DNA of 64,000 nucleotides from NCBI RefSeq assembly GCF_056712565.1, contig NZ_CM160072.1; one strand, 5' to 3'. Shown piece by piece: positions 53,222 to 64,000 of this stretch (position 1 is its first letter; each line of letters starts with the position of its first letter). The notes under the pieces were generated by a model. It saw only the letters and a program-made list of their open reading frames with translations, ran no database searches and was not told where the DNA came from. The position numbers and the translations under genes were made by a program.

Positions 53222-54385
53222 TTACGCCTCCAGAGGGTTGCCGAGGCTGTCATAACGACCAACTATTTCTGGTTCGCCACGGTGAATACCGGACACCAGC
53301 ACCACATCGCTACGGGTGATAAAAATCTGCGTGCGAAAACAGAGCACCACTGCACTGCTTACCGGATGCTCGCCTGCCAGCGGCAGGGTGTAGTCGATAC
53401 TGCTGTCATCAACGGCGTTGAGATATGTTTCAGTAATTCTTTGATTTTCTGGCGTAAACACCAGCGCATGTTGCGCGTGACCACGACGGTAGTAACCGCC
53501 GCCGTAGCAGTAGCTGTCGCCACGGAAATGATGGGAGATTTCACTTAACCAGAGCATCGCGATACGTTCAGGCTGATCGCCCTGTTGATTTGCCGGAATA
53601 GTACCCGTCAGCGCATGACCGGGTTCGGTATGAGTCACACCGTATTCCGCCAGCAATGGCAGCGACGTGCAGCTGGTCGCTGAAGGCGCGTTCAGTTGCT
53701 CAATCGCAATACCAGATTTCGCCAGTTGATCCCGTGCTTGTACCAGCGTGTGAAGATTCGGTGTCGGCAAAACTTTCCCGGCAGCCTCATCCCAAAGCAG
53801 GCAAGGGAAATGGGTAAGTCCCGCCAAATGTAGCCCCGGCAGATTCTGGATTTCAGCAACCACCTCGTGCAGCGAATGCTGTACAAAACCGCTCTCCTGC
53901 CCCGGATAAAGAAAATCATCGTCGCTATAAACTTTGAGCAGCACAGACTGCACACGTCCGGTCTTCACCGCTGCCGCAGAAATTTCCCGCGCTTTGTCGA
54001 GGGTAAACACAGTGATGACGTCGGTTCCCTGTTCAACGGCGTCAGAAACCTGATGACAAGGGATTTGTACCAGATGCCCCTGATGCGCTACCGGCAAACC
54101 GGCGCGGCGCATGACTCGCGCCTCTTTGTAATCCACCGCCACAATGCCGCTGTAGCCCAGAGCCAGCAGTTTTTCTGCCAGCCACGGATTACGACCGAAT
54201 TGTTTGGTCATCAGATACAGTTCAATGCCGTAAAGCCGCGCCGTCTCAATCAGCCGCTTGCCGTTTTCCAGAACTTGATCCACGTCGATCACCCAACTGT
54301 CCGGGGCGATCTTGCCCTGCTGCCACAAACTTAGTGCGGCGGAAATCAGCGCCGGATTCTGGCGTTTCAATGCTTCTACAAACAT
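53222..54385 (-). CDS. yhfX: Alanine-racemase-fold PLP enzyme YhfX
   Basis: 387-aa ORF, first downstream gene after yhfY in the cluster. Confidence 0.8.
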   Translation of the reverse strand: MFVEALKRQNPALISAALSLWQQGKIAPDSWVIDVDQVLENGKRLIETARLYGIELYLMTKQFGRNPWLAEKLLALGYSGIVAVDYKEARVMRRAGLPVAHQGHLVQIPCHQVSDAVEQGTDVITVFTLDKAREISAAAVKTGRVQSVLLKVYSDDDFLYPGQESGFVQHSLHEVVAEIQNLPGLHLAGLTHFPCLLWDEAAGKVLPTPNLHTLVQARDQLAKSGIAIEQLNAPSATSCTSLPLLAEYGVTHTEPGHALTGTIPANQQGDQPERIAMLWLSEISHHFRGDSYCYGGGYYRRGHAQHALVFTPENQRITETYLNAVDDSSIDYTLPLAGEHPVSSAVVLCFRTQIFITRSDVVLVSGIHRGEPEIVGRYDSLGNPLEA

Positions 54386-54468
54386 CTTGTTGCCTCGTTT
54401 CTGTTCCTTGAATTAAATATTCATTTTTTTGAATATTTAGGTTGTACGACGTGGATTTATCGGGAGCT

Positions 54469-54831
54469 TCAAACCTCTTCGTTAGCAGCCATCCATAATC
54501 CATAAAGGTTGGCCAGCAAATAGCCTTCTTCACACGGGTTAACTTCCAGTGCAAATTCCTTCAACAATACCTGATGCAATTGCACAACGGCTTGCCAGTG
54601 GCTGGATTGCGCCAGTTCCGCCAGCAATTCGTCATCCAGCGGCTCTATTTCTTCACCACGGCGACTGCGCATCAGTGCACTCGCCATATGTGTCATCGCC
54701 ATCGTTCCTTGCTCACTGCGCACCGGTAGATGGCACTCTGTTTCCAGTACATTGACGACCTGCATCATGCCTTTGCAGATGTCCTTATCAATAACGCCTG
54801 CATCGCAAAGCAGGTTGAGTCTGGTTTCCAT
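54469..54831 (-). CDS. yhfY: Uncharacterised protein YhfY
   Basis: ~120-aa ORF from METRLNLLCDAG... Confidence 0.7.
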   Translation of the reverse strand: METRLNLLCDAGVIDKDICKGMMQVVNVLETECHLPVRSEQGTMAMTHMASALMRSRRGEEIEPLDDELLAELAQSSHWQAVVQLHQVLLKEFALEVNPCEEGYLLANLYGLWMAANEEV

Positions 54832-54847
54832 ATCAGATGCCTTTCGT

Positions 54848-55753
54848 TTAATAACTGGGTTCCTGTTCCCCACTGACTACTCGCTGTTGATGAGCAAGCA
54901 GGGCATGTTTATCAACAACTGCACGCAGCAGTTGTTGCATTGGGTAATCATCGGCACGCGTCAGGATCACGGCTTCGGTGGCCTGTAAAAATCGCGGATC
55001 GTCTGTGAGCGGCGTCGCTTCTAATCCCAGCATAGTCAGTTCGTTTTCCGCCACTACGTTCCAGATAACCGCGTCAACATCGCCTTTAACAATGCGTTGT
55101 AAACTCTCGTGATAAGAGAGATCGACTCGTTCCACATCACTATCGCCAAAAAAGACATCGGTCATGATTTTCTGATCTGCCGAACGGTTATCCAGCCCCA
55201 CGCGCTTCACGTTTGCGGACTCGCCTTTACGGCAAATCAACTGGTGCTCGCCAACGTAGGTATGCGGTCCCAACTCCAGCGCGAGGCATAATCCTTTTTG
55301 CGTGAGATAACTTTCCGCCGCCAGTCGCGAAACCACCGCCATGTCATACACGCCGTTAAGTAAACACTCCACGCGAATATCCGCGCCGCGCATATGCGCA
55401 TAGTAAAAAGGAATGCCATCAAACTGGGCTTTCAATCCGCTCGCCAGGCCTTCGTACAAACGGGTATAGGGCAAGGGCATCGCACATACCACGTTGTTGA
55501 TATCCACATGAGTCAGCAATGCTTTGTTATCCATCTCGACCAGATAACTGCCATTGCGCCCACGGCGTTCAATCCGTATCGCTCCGCTTGATTCCAGCGT
55601 TTTCAACGCGGCCTGCGTCAGGCCAACCGATGAACGGCATTCAGTTGCCAGCTCATCTATGGTTTTCAGTCGATTACCGCACTTTTCACCCAACAAATAA
55701 CGGGCCAGTGTCGTGATAACGACGCCTTCTTTTTTGATAAACGTTCGACGCAT
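54848..55753 (-). CDS. yhfZ: Putative transcriptional regulator YhfZ
   Basis: 301-aa ORF at the head of the yhf cluster. Confidence 0.75.
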   Translation of the reverse strand: MRRTFIKKEGVVITTLARYLLGEKCGNRLKTIDELATECRSSVGLTQAALKTLESSGAIRIERRGRNGSYLVEMDNKALLTHVDINNVVCAMPLPYTRLYEGLASGLKAQFDGIPFYYAHMRGADIRVECLLNGVYDMAVVSRLAAESYLTQKGLCLALELGPHTYVGEHQLICRKGESANVKRVGLDNRSADQKIMTDVFFGDSDVERVDLSYHESLQRIVKGDVDAVIWNVVAENELTMLGLEATPLTDDPRFLQATEAVILTRADDYPMQQLLRAVVDKHALLAHQQRVVSGEQEPSY

Positions 55754-55871
55754 AATATATTTTCAATAAAATGAATGTTTATATCTTCAGGAATTTGAAG
55801 ATAAGGCGCAACAGCGAGATGTGGAAACGGCGAGGCGCTTCACATTTTTTCGGATTATTGCAAATGAGGAT

Positions 55872-55900
55872 AAAAAAACCGGGTTTCCCCGGTTTTTGGC
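55872..55900 (-). terminator. Rho-independent terminator of trpS (bidirectional-looking)
   Basis: aaaaaaa-ccggg-tttc-cccgg-ttttt hairpin flanked by A- and T-runs. Confidence 0.7.
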
Positions 55901-55912
55901 ATTAATGTTAAA

Positions 55913-56917
55913 TTACGGCTTCGCCACAAAACCAATCGCTTCGTACACCGCTTTTAGCGTACGGGAAGCGTGTGCGCTGGCTTTTTCTGCGCCGTCTTTC
56001 ATCACCTGTTGCAGGAAGGCTTCATCGTTGCGGAAACGGTGGTAACGTTCCTGCAATTCAGTCAGCATACCGGAAACGGCATCAGCCACTTCACCTTTCA
56101 GATGACCATACATCTTGCCTTCGAACTGTTTTTCCAGTTCCGGGATGCTCTGGCCCGTTACCGCAGAAAGGATATCCAGCAGGTTGGAAACGCCCGCTTT
56201 GTTCTGCACATCGTAGCGAACTACCGGCGGCTCGTCGGAGTCAGTGACCGCGCGTTTGATTTTCTTCACTACCGATTTCGGATCTTCCAGCAGGCCGATA
56301 ACGTTATTGCGGTTATCGTCAGACTTGGACATCTTCTTGGTCGGCTCCAGCAGCGACATTACGCGCGCGCCAGATTTCGGAATAAACGGCTCTGGCACCT
56401 TAAAGATATCGCCGTACAGCGCGTTGAAACGCTGGGCGATATCGCGGCTCAGTTCCAGGTGCTGTTTCTGGTCTTCACCCACCGGCACCAGATTAGTTTG
56501 ATACAGCAGGATGTCCGCTGCCATCAGCACCGGATAGTCAAACAGACCAGCGTTGATGTTCTCGGCATAACGCGCAGATTTATCTTTAAACTGTGTCATG
56601 CGGCTCAGTTCGCCGAAGTAGGTATAGCAGTTCAATGCCCAGCCTAACTGCGCATGTTCCGGCACGTGGGACTGAACAAAAATGGTGCTTTTCTCAGGAT
56701 CGATACCACAAGCCAGATACAACGCCAGCGTATCCAGCGTCGCTTTACGCAGCTTCTGTGCATCCTGGCGCACGGTGATCGCGTGTTGGTCAACGATACA
56801 GTAAATGCAATGGTAGTCATCCTGCATGTTTACCCACTGACGCAGCGCACCCATGTAGTTACCAATGGTCAATTCACCTGAGGGCTGTGCGCCACTAAAA
56901 ACGATGGGCTTAGTCAT
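55913..56917 (-). CDS. trpS: Tryptophan--tRNA ligase
   Basis: 334-aa ORF with class I HIGH-like motif (TIGNYMG) and KMSKS. Confidence 0.97.
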
Positions 56918-57668
56918 TTTTCGATTCCTGATTTTCGCTATGCGGAAGCCCTAATGCGGGCAGAAGGTCATTTAGAGACTGATAAATTACATCAGGCTGG
57001 CTGAGATCGATAGCCTCGCCGTAGTTATATCCGTAGGTTAAGCCAACTGATGGGCAACCTGCCGCTTTTGCTGCCTGAATATCATTGCGTGAGTCGCCGA
57101 CAAACAGCATCTGTTGTGGAGCAATGCCCATCCGTTCAGCCACCAGTAACAGCGGGTCCGGATGCGGTTTTTTGTTTTGCACATCATCGCCGCCGATAAC
57201 CACGCTGAAGTATTTGGCGATATCTAAGGCTTCGAGCAGCGGCGCGACGAACGGCGTCGGTTTGTTGGTGACCAGGCCTAGCGGCAGGCCTTTAGCCTGC
57301 AACGCGCCCAACGTATCGGCAACGTGCGGGAACAAAAACGTCCCCTCTTCGGCAACCTCGCCATAGTAGCGATCGAACAGTTTACGCAGAATACGTACCT
57401 GTTCTTCTGCCGGAATGTCGTCATCAACGGGCGGTTTACCCATTGTTTTACGCAGAGTCGCACGTTCCTGACGCGCCCAGGTCAATGCGCGCTCCATCAG
57501 AATATCTGCGCCGTTACCAATCCAGGTAATAACGCGTTCTTCACCTGCGACAGGCAACTCCAGCGCATACAGCGCCATATCTACCGCAGCAGCAAGACCG
57601 GGGGCACTGTCAACCAGCGTACCGTCGAGATCAAAAGCGACGCCGCGAATATCTTCAAACTTATTCAT
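56910..57668 (-). CDS. gph: Phosphoglycolate phosphatase
   Basis: 252-aa HAD-family ORF with DLDGTL motif. Confidence 0.95.
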
Positions 57669-58338
57669 GACTTACCTTTGCCAGTTCACTGCGCATTTCA
57701 TCAATGACTTTTTTGTAGTCTGGCTGGTCGAAGATTGCCGAACCAGCAACAAACATATCCGCGCCCGCCGCAGCGATTTCGCCAATGTTGTTCACCTTCA
57801 CGCCACCGTCCACTTCCAGTCGAATGTCAAAGCCAGACTCGTCGATACGACGACGTACTTCGCGCAGTTTATCCAGTGTTTGAGGAATGAAAGACTGACC
57901 GCCGAAACCAGGATTGACGGACATCAGCAGGATCACATCCAGCTTATCCATCACGTAATCCAGATAACTCAGAGGTGTCGCCGGGTTAAATACCAAACCC
58001 GCTTTACAGCCATTTTCTTTAATCAGTTGCAGCGTGCGGTCAACATGCTCGGAGGCTTCTGGATGAAAGGTAATGATGCTGGCACCAGCGGCAGCGAAAT
58101 CAGGCACAATGCGATCGACGGGTTTCACCATCAGATGTACGTCGATAGGGGCGGTAATGCCGTAGTTACGCAAGGATTTCAGCACCATTGGCCCAATCGT
58201 CAGATTGGGAACATAGTGGTTATCCATGACGTCAAAATGCACGACATCAGCGCCAGCTGCCAGGGCTTTTGCGGTATCTTCACCCAGGCGGGCAAAATCA
58301 GCCGACAGAATTGAGGGAGCAATCAAATACTGTTTCAT
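57661..58338 (-). CDS. rpe: Ribulose-phosphate 3-epimerase
   Basis: 225-aa [25 protein letters not shown]... Confidence 0.97.
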
Positions 58339-58355
58339 CCGCTTCTCCTTGAGAA

Positions 58356-59192
58356 TTATTTTTTCGCGGGTGAAACGACTCCTGGTTTGTACAAAGCCAG
58401 CAGTTCGTCCACCTTTTTACGTGTGCCGCCGTTGCTGCTTATACTGCGTCGAACTTTGACGACATGCAATTTTGCGCGCTGATACCACTCACGCGTTAAC
58501 ATCGTATCGTGATTGGAGATCAGCACCGGAATATGGCGATCAACCAGACCTTCAGCGATCTCCGCCAGATGCGCTTGTTGTTCAAGCGTAAAACTGTTTG
58601 TGTGATACGCCGTAAAGTTGGCAGTCGCAGACAGCGGCGCATAAGGCGGATCGCAATAGACGACAGATGCATCATCTGCGCGCGCCATGCTATCGGCGTA
58701 AGACTCACAATAGAAAAAGGCATTCTGCGCTTTTTCAGCGAAGTGATACAACTCTGCTTCCGGGAAATAGGGTTTTTTGTAGCGGCCAAACGGCACGTTA
58801 AACTCACCGCGCAGATTGTAACGACACAGGCCGTTGTAACCGTAGCGGTTCAAATATAAAAACAGTACCGCCCGACGGAACGGATCCTGGCTTTTGTTGA
58901 ACTCTTCGCGGAACTGATAGTAAACCTCGGCGCAATTTGTTTCGGGAACAAACAGCTCGCGTGCGGCCTGTACGTACTCATCAGTACGCATCTTCACAAT
59001 GTTATAGAGACTGATCAGGTCGCTATTGATATCGGCAAGGATATAACGAGAAAAGTCGGTGTTGAGAAACACCGACCCGGCACCTACAAAAGGCTCAACC
59101 AGACATTCGCCCTTGGGCAAATGCCGTTTAATATCATCAAGCAGGGGATACTTGCCCCCTGCCCACTTCAAAAAAGCGCGATTTTTCTTCAT
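58356..59192 (-). CDS. dam: DNA adenine methyltransferase (GATC)
   Basis: 278-aa ORF with DPPY catalytic motif (CDPPYAPLS). Confidence 0.97.
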   Translation of the reverse strand: MKKNRAFLKWAGGKYPLLDDIKRHLPKGECLVEPFVGAGSVFLNTDFSRYILADINSDLISLYNIVKMRTDEYVQAARELFVPETNCAEVYYQFREEFNKSQDPFRRAVLFLYLNRYGYNGLCRYNLRGEFNVPFGRYKKPYFPEAELYHFAEKAQNAFFYCESYADSMARADDASVVYCDPPYAPLSATANFTAYHTNSFTLEQQAHLAEIAEGLVDRHIPVLISNHDTMLTREWYQRAKLHVVKVRRSISSNGGTRKKVDELLALYKPGVVSPAKK

Positions 59193-59298
59193 GCTGACTA
59201 ACTAATTACACCTTCTCCGGCTGTGGAGAAAGCTCCGACAGCATCCAGCGCTTCAGGCAACGCCCGCAATGATAAACCATTGCGGGAGATAACCTTGA

Positions 59299-60585
59299 TT
59301 ACTTCAGATCGGCCTGTACCTGACGCAGCGGTTTCGCCCACGGGTTTTTGGCCTGGACATCTGCTGGCAATGTAGATACCGCTTTTTTCGCCTCTTCTTT
59401 CGAAGCATACACGCCAGAAACCAGGACATACCACGGCTGACCATTACGCGTCGTTTCATAGACAACGTAGTTTTTCAGATTCTCTTTCTTCGCCCAACCG
59501 TTCAGGTTGTCGTAGTTAGAGGAACTGCTCAGCTGCAGAGTGTAATGGCTGGACGGTGCCGATTTCAACGAACCAACATTACCTGCGGTCTTCCCTCCAG
59601 CGGCTGGTGTTGCCGTGGTTTGCGCCGGGGATGCCGTCTGTACTGGAGCCGTAGTCGCCGTCTCTTTTGGTGCTGGCGTAGAAGTCGCAGCCGGTGCCTT
59701 TGTGCTCGCCACAGGGGCAGCTGGTTCAGTTCGCTTCGGCGTCTGTGCGACTGGCTTCGGTTCCGTTTTCACGGTTGCTTGCGGTTTTTTCGGTTCAATC
59801 ACCGCCTGCTGACGAGCCGGGCGCGTAGTGGCCGGACGTTCAGCGGTTTGCGTTTTCGCCGTGTCACGCGATGCATTGCCATTGCGAACAGGCGCAACCG
59901 TTGCGGGTTCAGTCGGCAATGTAGAATTGACCGCCACATTGTTCAACTGTTGCTGATTTTGTGGCTGGGTCAGCGCATTGTTCAGGTCACCCTGCACTTC
60001 AACACGTTGTTGACCATCCGTTGCCACCGGGGTTTGCCCTTGAGTCGGCGTAGAAGAGATCGGCGGCAGAGAAACATCCTGCTGAGTATTTTCCGCAGAC
60101 GTGGTTCCCGGCGCTGGCTGCACGCCATTGGCCTGATCGGTCGCATTGCCTGCAAGATCAATACTCTTCTCGCCAGACGCGGTTTGATCGCTGGAAGAGG
60201 TCGAGGGGGCTTTTAGCGCAGAACCGATACCGATGATCAACAGCAGTAGAACCAGAATGCCGACACCCATCATCATATACTGACGAGAAGCGGGTTTACT
60301 GGCTGCTTTTTTGCGCTTACGCGGACGACGCTCTACGCGCTCTTCATCCACGGTTTCATCTTCGGATTCGTCAATTTCTTCTTCGATTTCCGGTTCCTCA
60401 TTACGCGCTTTTTGCGCACGAGTCGGACGGCGATCGTCAGTGTCATCAAGTTCAATATCATCAAAATTGATCTGCGGTTCGCCACGTTCAGTACGCTCAG
60501 AACGTTCAGAAGATTGACGAGAACGACCAGTACGACGATCGCTGGGATCGGGTTTCAGCTCGTCTTCTGGTTTGAATTCATCCAT
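59299..60585 (-). CDS. damX: Cell division protein DamX (SPOR domain)
   Basis: 428-aa ORF with low-complexity Pro/Thr/Ala/Gln-rich linker and C-terminal SPOR domain. Confidence 0.93.
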   Translation of the reverse strand: MDEFKPEDELKPDPSDRRTGRSRQSSERSERTERGEPQINFDDIELDDTDDRRPTRAQKARNEEPEIEEEIDESEDETVDEERVERRPRKRKKAASKPASRQYMMMGVGILVLLLLIIGIGSALKAPSTSSSDQTASGEKSIDLAGNATDQANGVQPAPGTTSAENTQQDVSLPPISSTPTQGQTPVATDGQQRVEVQGDLNNALTQPQNQQQLNNVAVNSTLPTEPATVAPVRNGNASRDTAKTQTAERPATTRPARQQAVIEPKKPQATVKTEPKPVAQTPKRTEPAAPVASTKAPAATSTPAPKETATTAPVQTASPAQTTATPAAGGKTAGNVGSLKSAPSSHYTLQLSSSSNYDNLNGWAKKENLKNYVVYETTRNGQPWYVLVSGVYASKEEAKKAVSTLPADVQAKNPWAKPLRQVQADLK

Positions 60586-60676
60586 TTAACACCCCACTAA
60601 AAGGTTAATGCTTACCACGTTGCAATTAACCTGAAGCTAATAGACCGCTTGATAAGCGGCCTGACCTTTCTTGTTG

Positions 60677-61765
60677 TTACGCTGATTGACAATCGGCAAT
60701 GGCGTTAAGAACAAGCTCGTGCGAAACGCCGCTGCGAACTTCACTCTTACCAATTGCCAACGGAAGAATTAAGCGCATCTCTCCCGCAAGGACTTTCTTG
60801 TCACGCAGCATATGCGGTAAATACGCCTGCGCGGACATTTCGCGCGGCCCATTGACCGGTAACCCAGCCCGCGTGAGCAGGGTTATAATACGCTGCGTTT
60901 CGGCAGAACTAAACTGCCCGAGACGTTCCGACGTCCGCGCCGCCATCACCATACCCGCAGCGACCGCTTCACCATGTAACCAATTGCCATACCCCATTTC
61001 AGCTTCAATGGCATGACCAAAGGTGTGTCCCAGATTCAGTAAAGCACGTAACCCGGTTTCGCGCTCGTCGGCGGCGACAACTTCTGCTTTCAGCTCACAA
61101 CAACGGCGAATACAGTACGCCATTGCCGGACCGTCCAGACGCAACAACGCATCCAGATTCTCTTCCAGCCAGTTAAAAAACGCACCGTCAAGAATAATGC
61201 CGTATTTGATGACTTCTGCCAGCCCCGACGCTAACTCACGCGGGGGAAGCGTTTTCAGACAGTCGAGATCCACCACCACTGAAGCGGGCTGGTAGAACGC
61301 GCCAATCATGTTTTTACCGAGGGGATGGTTGACCGCAGTTTTGCCGCCAACGGAGGAATCGACCTGCGACAGTAACGTCGTCGGGACTTGAATGAAACGT
61401 ACACCGCGCTGATAACTCGCCGCCGCGAAGCCGGTCAGATCACCCACTACGCCGCCGCCAAGCGCCACCAGAGTAGTATCGCGACCATGCGGCTTTTGTA
61501 ACAATGCCGTAAAGACGGTATCGAGTACAGCCAGGCTTTTATACTGCTCGCCGTCAGGGAGGATAACGCTATCGACGTTAACACCCGCCTGTTCAAGTAC
61601 GCCGCGGACCTTATCGAGATACAGAGGAGCCAGGGTTTCGTTGGTGACCAACATGACCTGCTCGCCCGATTTCAGCGGTAAGAATGAAGCTGGTTCATTA
61701 AACAAACCAGATGCGATGGTAATTGGGTAACTACGTTCCCCGAGAGTAACGACAATCCTCTCCAT
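60677..61765 (-). CDS. aroB: 3-dehydroquinate synthase
   Basis: 362-aa [25 protein letters not shown]... Confidence 0.97.
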
Positions 61766-61821
61766 AACGCGACATCCACCTTAATTACTGTACCCGCAGA
61801 CGAGTGTATATAAAGCCAGAA

Positions 61822-62343
61822 TTAGTTGCTTTCCAGCATGTGAATAATCTGGTTTGCAACCACTTTAGCGCTTTGATCATCAGTACGAATGGTCACGTCG
61901 GCAATCTCTTCATACAGCGGATTGCGTTCATTGGCCAACGCTTCCAGAACTTCACGCGGCGGTGTTTCAACGTGCAGCAACGGGCGTTTTTTATCACGCT
62001 GCGTGCGTGCAAGTTGCTTTTCGATGGTCGTTTCAAGATAAACGACAACGCCACGAGCGGAAAGACGGTTACGCGTTTCACGGGATTTCACAGAGCCGCC
62101 GCCAGTAGCCAGCACAATACCCTGTTTCTCGGTCAACTCATTGATGACCTTTTCTTCGCGATCGCGGAAGCCTTCTTCGCCTTCTAAATCGAAAACCCAG
62201 CCCACATCAGCTCCGGTTCGTTTCTCAATCTCTTGATCGGAATCGTAAAATTCCATATTGAGTTGTTGAGCTAACTGGCGCCCAATAGTGCTTTTTCCGG
62301 CACCCATAGGCCCAACCAGAAAGATATTGCGTTTCTCTGCCAT
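61822..62343 (-). CDS. aroK: Shikimate kinase 1
   Basis: 173-aa ORF from [28 protein letters not shown]... (P-loop); the listed ORF extends upstream to an alternative start. Confidence 0.95.
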   Translation of the reverse strand: MAEKRNIFLVGPMGAGKSTIGRQLAQQLNMEFYDSDQEIEKRTGADVGWVFDLEGEEGFRDREEKVINELTEKQGIVLATGGGSVKSRETRNRLSARGVVVYLETTIEKQLARTQRDKKRPLLHVETPPREVLEALANERNPLYEEIADVTIRTDDQSAKVVANQIIHMLESN

Positions 62344-62743
62344 TTTTTCGGTACTACTAAGACTATTCGTTAATGATAAACCCGCTTCGCTCAGAGAGCG
62401 CCGCAGGACATGAACTGAAACCTCATAAGATATTGCGAGAGTCAGACTGAAAATTATCTCAATACTCCAGCGGGTTTGGCAACTGAATAAATCACCCATC
62501 CCTCTGCATATCTGGTCGCTGCAAGCGCGCTGCCTTGCTACCACCGCTCTGGCGATAAATCACCGGGTAAGATTAGCGTAAAAAAGACAGCAAAATGCCG
62601 CCTGAATGATAAATCATCATCATGGAACGCAGGCAGCGAAGAGCACCAACTCTCAAATCGGTACTCCTTGTATGCTAAATACCTGCGCGCGTCAAATAGA
62701 TGAAACACGTTCAGCGTAAAAACATTACCGCTTTTACGGCTGT

Positions 62744-63982
62744 TTACTCACTGGAAACCAGTCGTGGCGTGATAAACACCACTAACTCGCGTCGTTCATC
62801 TTCTTTTCCGTCATGACGAAATAATTGCCCGAACCAGGGAATGTCGCCAAGCAACGGTACGCTATCCTGACCCGATTTATTTTTACGGGTAAAAATGCCG
62901 CCCAGCGCCAACGTTTCTCCGCTTTTGACCTCGACCTGCGTTTCGATCTCCTGCTTATCAATCGCCAGCACTTCGCCATCTGCCTGCTGTAGCACCTGCC
63001 CCGGAACGTTCTGGCTGATGTGTAATTTCAGCCGGATGCGACCTTTTTGTAACACCGTGGGCGTGACTTCCATCCCCAGGACGGCCTCTTTAAATTCCAC
63101 CGACGTCGCGCCACTTTCCCCGCTGGAAACCTGATATGGAATTTCGCTCCCCTGTTTAATGCTGGCAGGCTGAAGATGTGAGGCCAGCAGACGCGGACTG
63201 GCGATAATATCCAGCTGCTGTTTTTGTTCGAGCGCGGAAAGCTCAAGATCCAGTAAACGTCCGTTGATGCGTCCAATGTTAAAACCGATATGCGTTGTCG
63301 CCGTCGCTACGGAGAGGTCGCTGCCAAGCGTGGTGACTTGCCCAACGCCACCAGCTTGTTGCGCATCGGCCAGCGTCCATTTCACACCTAACTCACGCAA
63401 ACTTTTTTCATTAATGGTGACAATATGCGCCGAGAGCTCAACCTGCCCGACCGGCAGATCCATTTGCGATACCCACTGTTCAAGCGTGCTTAACGCCGTT
63501 TTGTTATCTCGCAGCAAAAGGCGATTGGTGCGTTTATCGACGGTCATACTCCCTTTGGCACTCAGTAGCTTCTCCCCCGCTTTCGCCAGCTCTCCGGCGT
63601 CGGCGTATTGCAGAGTAATATTGCGATTTTCCAGCGGCAGATTTGCCTGCGCCCGCGTCTGCTCCGCCTCCTGGCGGGCGATATTGTCATTCTGCCAGGC
63701 AACGGAATGCACCGAGAGAATGTTGCCCTCCTGGCGCGTTATCAATCCGGCGCTTTTCACTACAGTTTGTAGTGCCTGCTTCCAGGGAACGTCAGTTAAA
63801 TGTAACGACACCGTACCGCTGACGTCTGGCGAAACCACCAGGTTCAACTTCTCCTGTTCAGCCAGCACCTGCAACACCTGAGCTACCGGAACGTCATCCA
63901 CCATCAGCGTCACTTTTTGCGGCTTTGCCGCCTGTACGCCGGGTATAAGCATCAACAGTAGTGCGGCTATCCATTGCTTCAT
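62744..63982 (-). CDS. hofQ: Secretin-family DNA uptake / competence protein HofQ
   Basis: 412-aa ORF with signal peptide and secretin C-terminal domain ([15 protein letters not shown]). Confidence 0.9.
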   Translation of the reverse strand: MKQWIAALLLMLIPGVQAAKPQKVTLMVDDVPVAQVLQVLAEQEKLNLVVSPDVSGTVSLHLTDVPWKQALQTVVKSAGLITRQEGNILSVHSVAWQNDNIARQEAEQTRAQANLPLENRNITLQYADAGELAKAGEKLLSAKGSMTVDKRTNRLLLRDNKTALSTLEQWVSQMDLPVGQVELSAHIVTINEKSLRELGVKWTLADAQQAGGVGQVTTLGSDLSVATATTHIGFNIGRINGRLLDLELSALEQKQQLDIIASPRLLASHLQPASIKQGSEIPYQVSSGESGATSVEFKEAVLGMEVTPTVLQKGRIRLKLHISQNVPGQVLQQADGEVLAIDKQEIETQVEVKSGETLALGGIFTRKNKSGQDSVPLLGDIPWFGQLFRHDGKEDERRELVVFITPRLVSSE

Positions 63983-64000
63983 TTGTATCTCCTTGCCGTT

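Noticed and set aside
59500-60450. Low-complexity Pro/Ala/Thr/Gln-rich region, as a possible foreign or repeat insertion
   Set aside because: It is the intrinsically disordered linker of DamX, between the N-terminal membrane region and the C-terminal SPOR domain.

Overview
This window is a conserved enterobacterial core-chromosome segment of Escherichia coli / Shigella type, with no mobile elements, CRISPR arrays, tRNA or rRNA genes, and no evidence of a novel system. Gene order, from start to end: the distal end of the S10 ribosomal operon (rplB partial, rplW, rplD, rplC, rpsJ, minus strand) with its leader; the cryptic general secretion (type II) locus, gspAB divergent from gspCDEFGHIJKLMO; bfr-bfd; chiA; the str operon (rpsL-rpsG-fusA-tufA); tusBCD-yheO; fkpA; slyX; slyD; yheV; kefGB; yheSTU; prkB; yhfA; crp; yhfK; argD; pabA; fic-yhfG; ppiA; tsgA; nirBDC-cysG; yhfL; the poorly characterised yhfS-yhfT-yhfU-php-yhfW-yhfX-yhfY-yhfZ cluster; trpS-gph-rpe-dam-damX-aroB-aroK; hofQ. 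Gene names and expected protein lengths are from memory of the E. coli K-12 map, not from a search. The strain is not K-12: rpsG carries the short 156-aa allele. The most notable content is a set of gene-level lesions readable directly from the sequence: in-frame TAG stops in gspE and gspL, an 18-bp tandem duplication in gspI, a probable 72-bp in-frame deletion in kefB, frameshifts in argD and php, and apparent absence of the frl operon between yhfL and yhfS. These are either genuine gene decay or assembly errors; that cannot be resolved without reads or comparison genomes.
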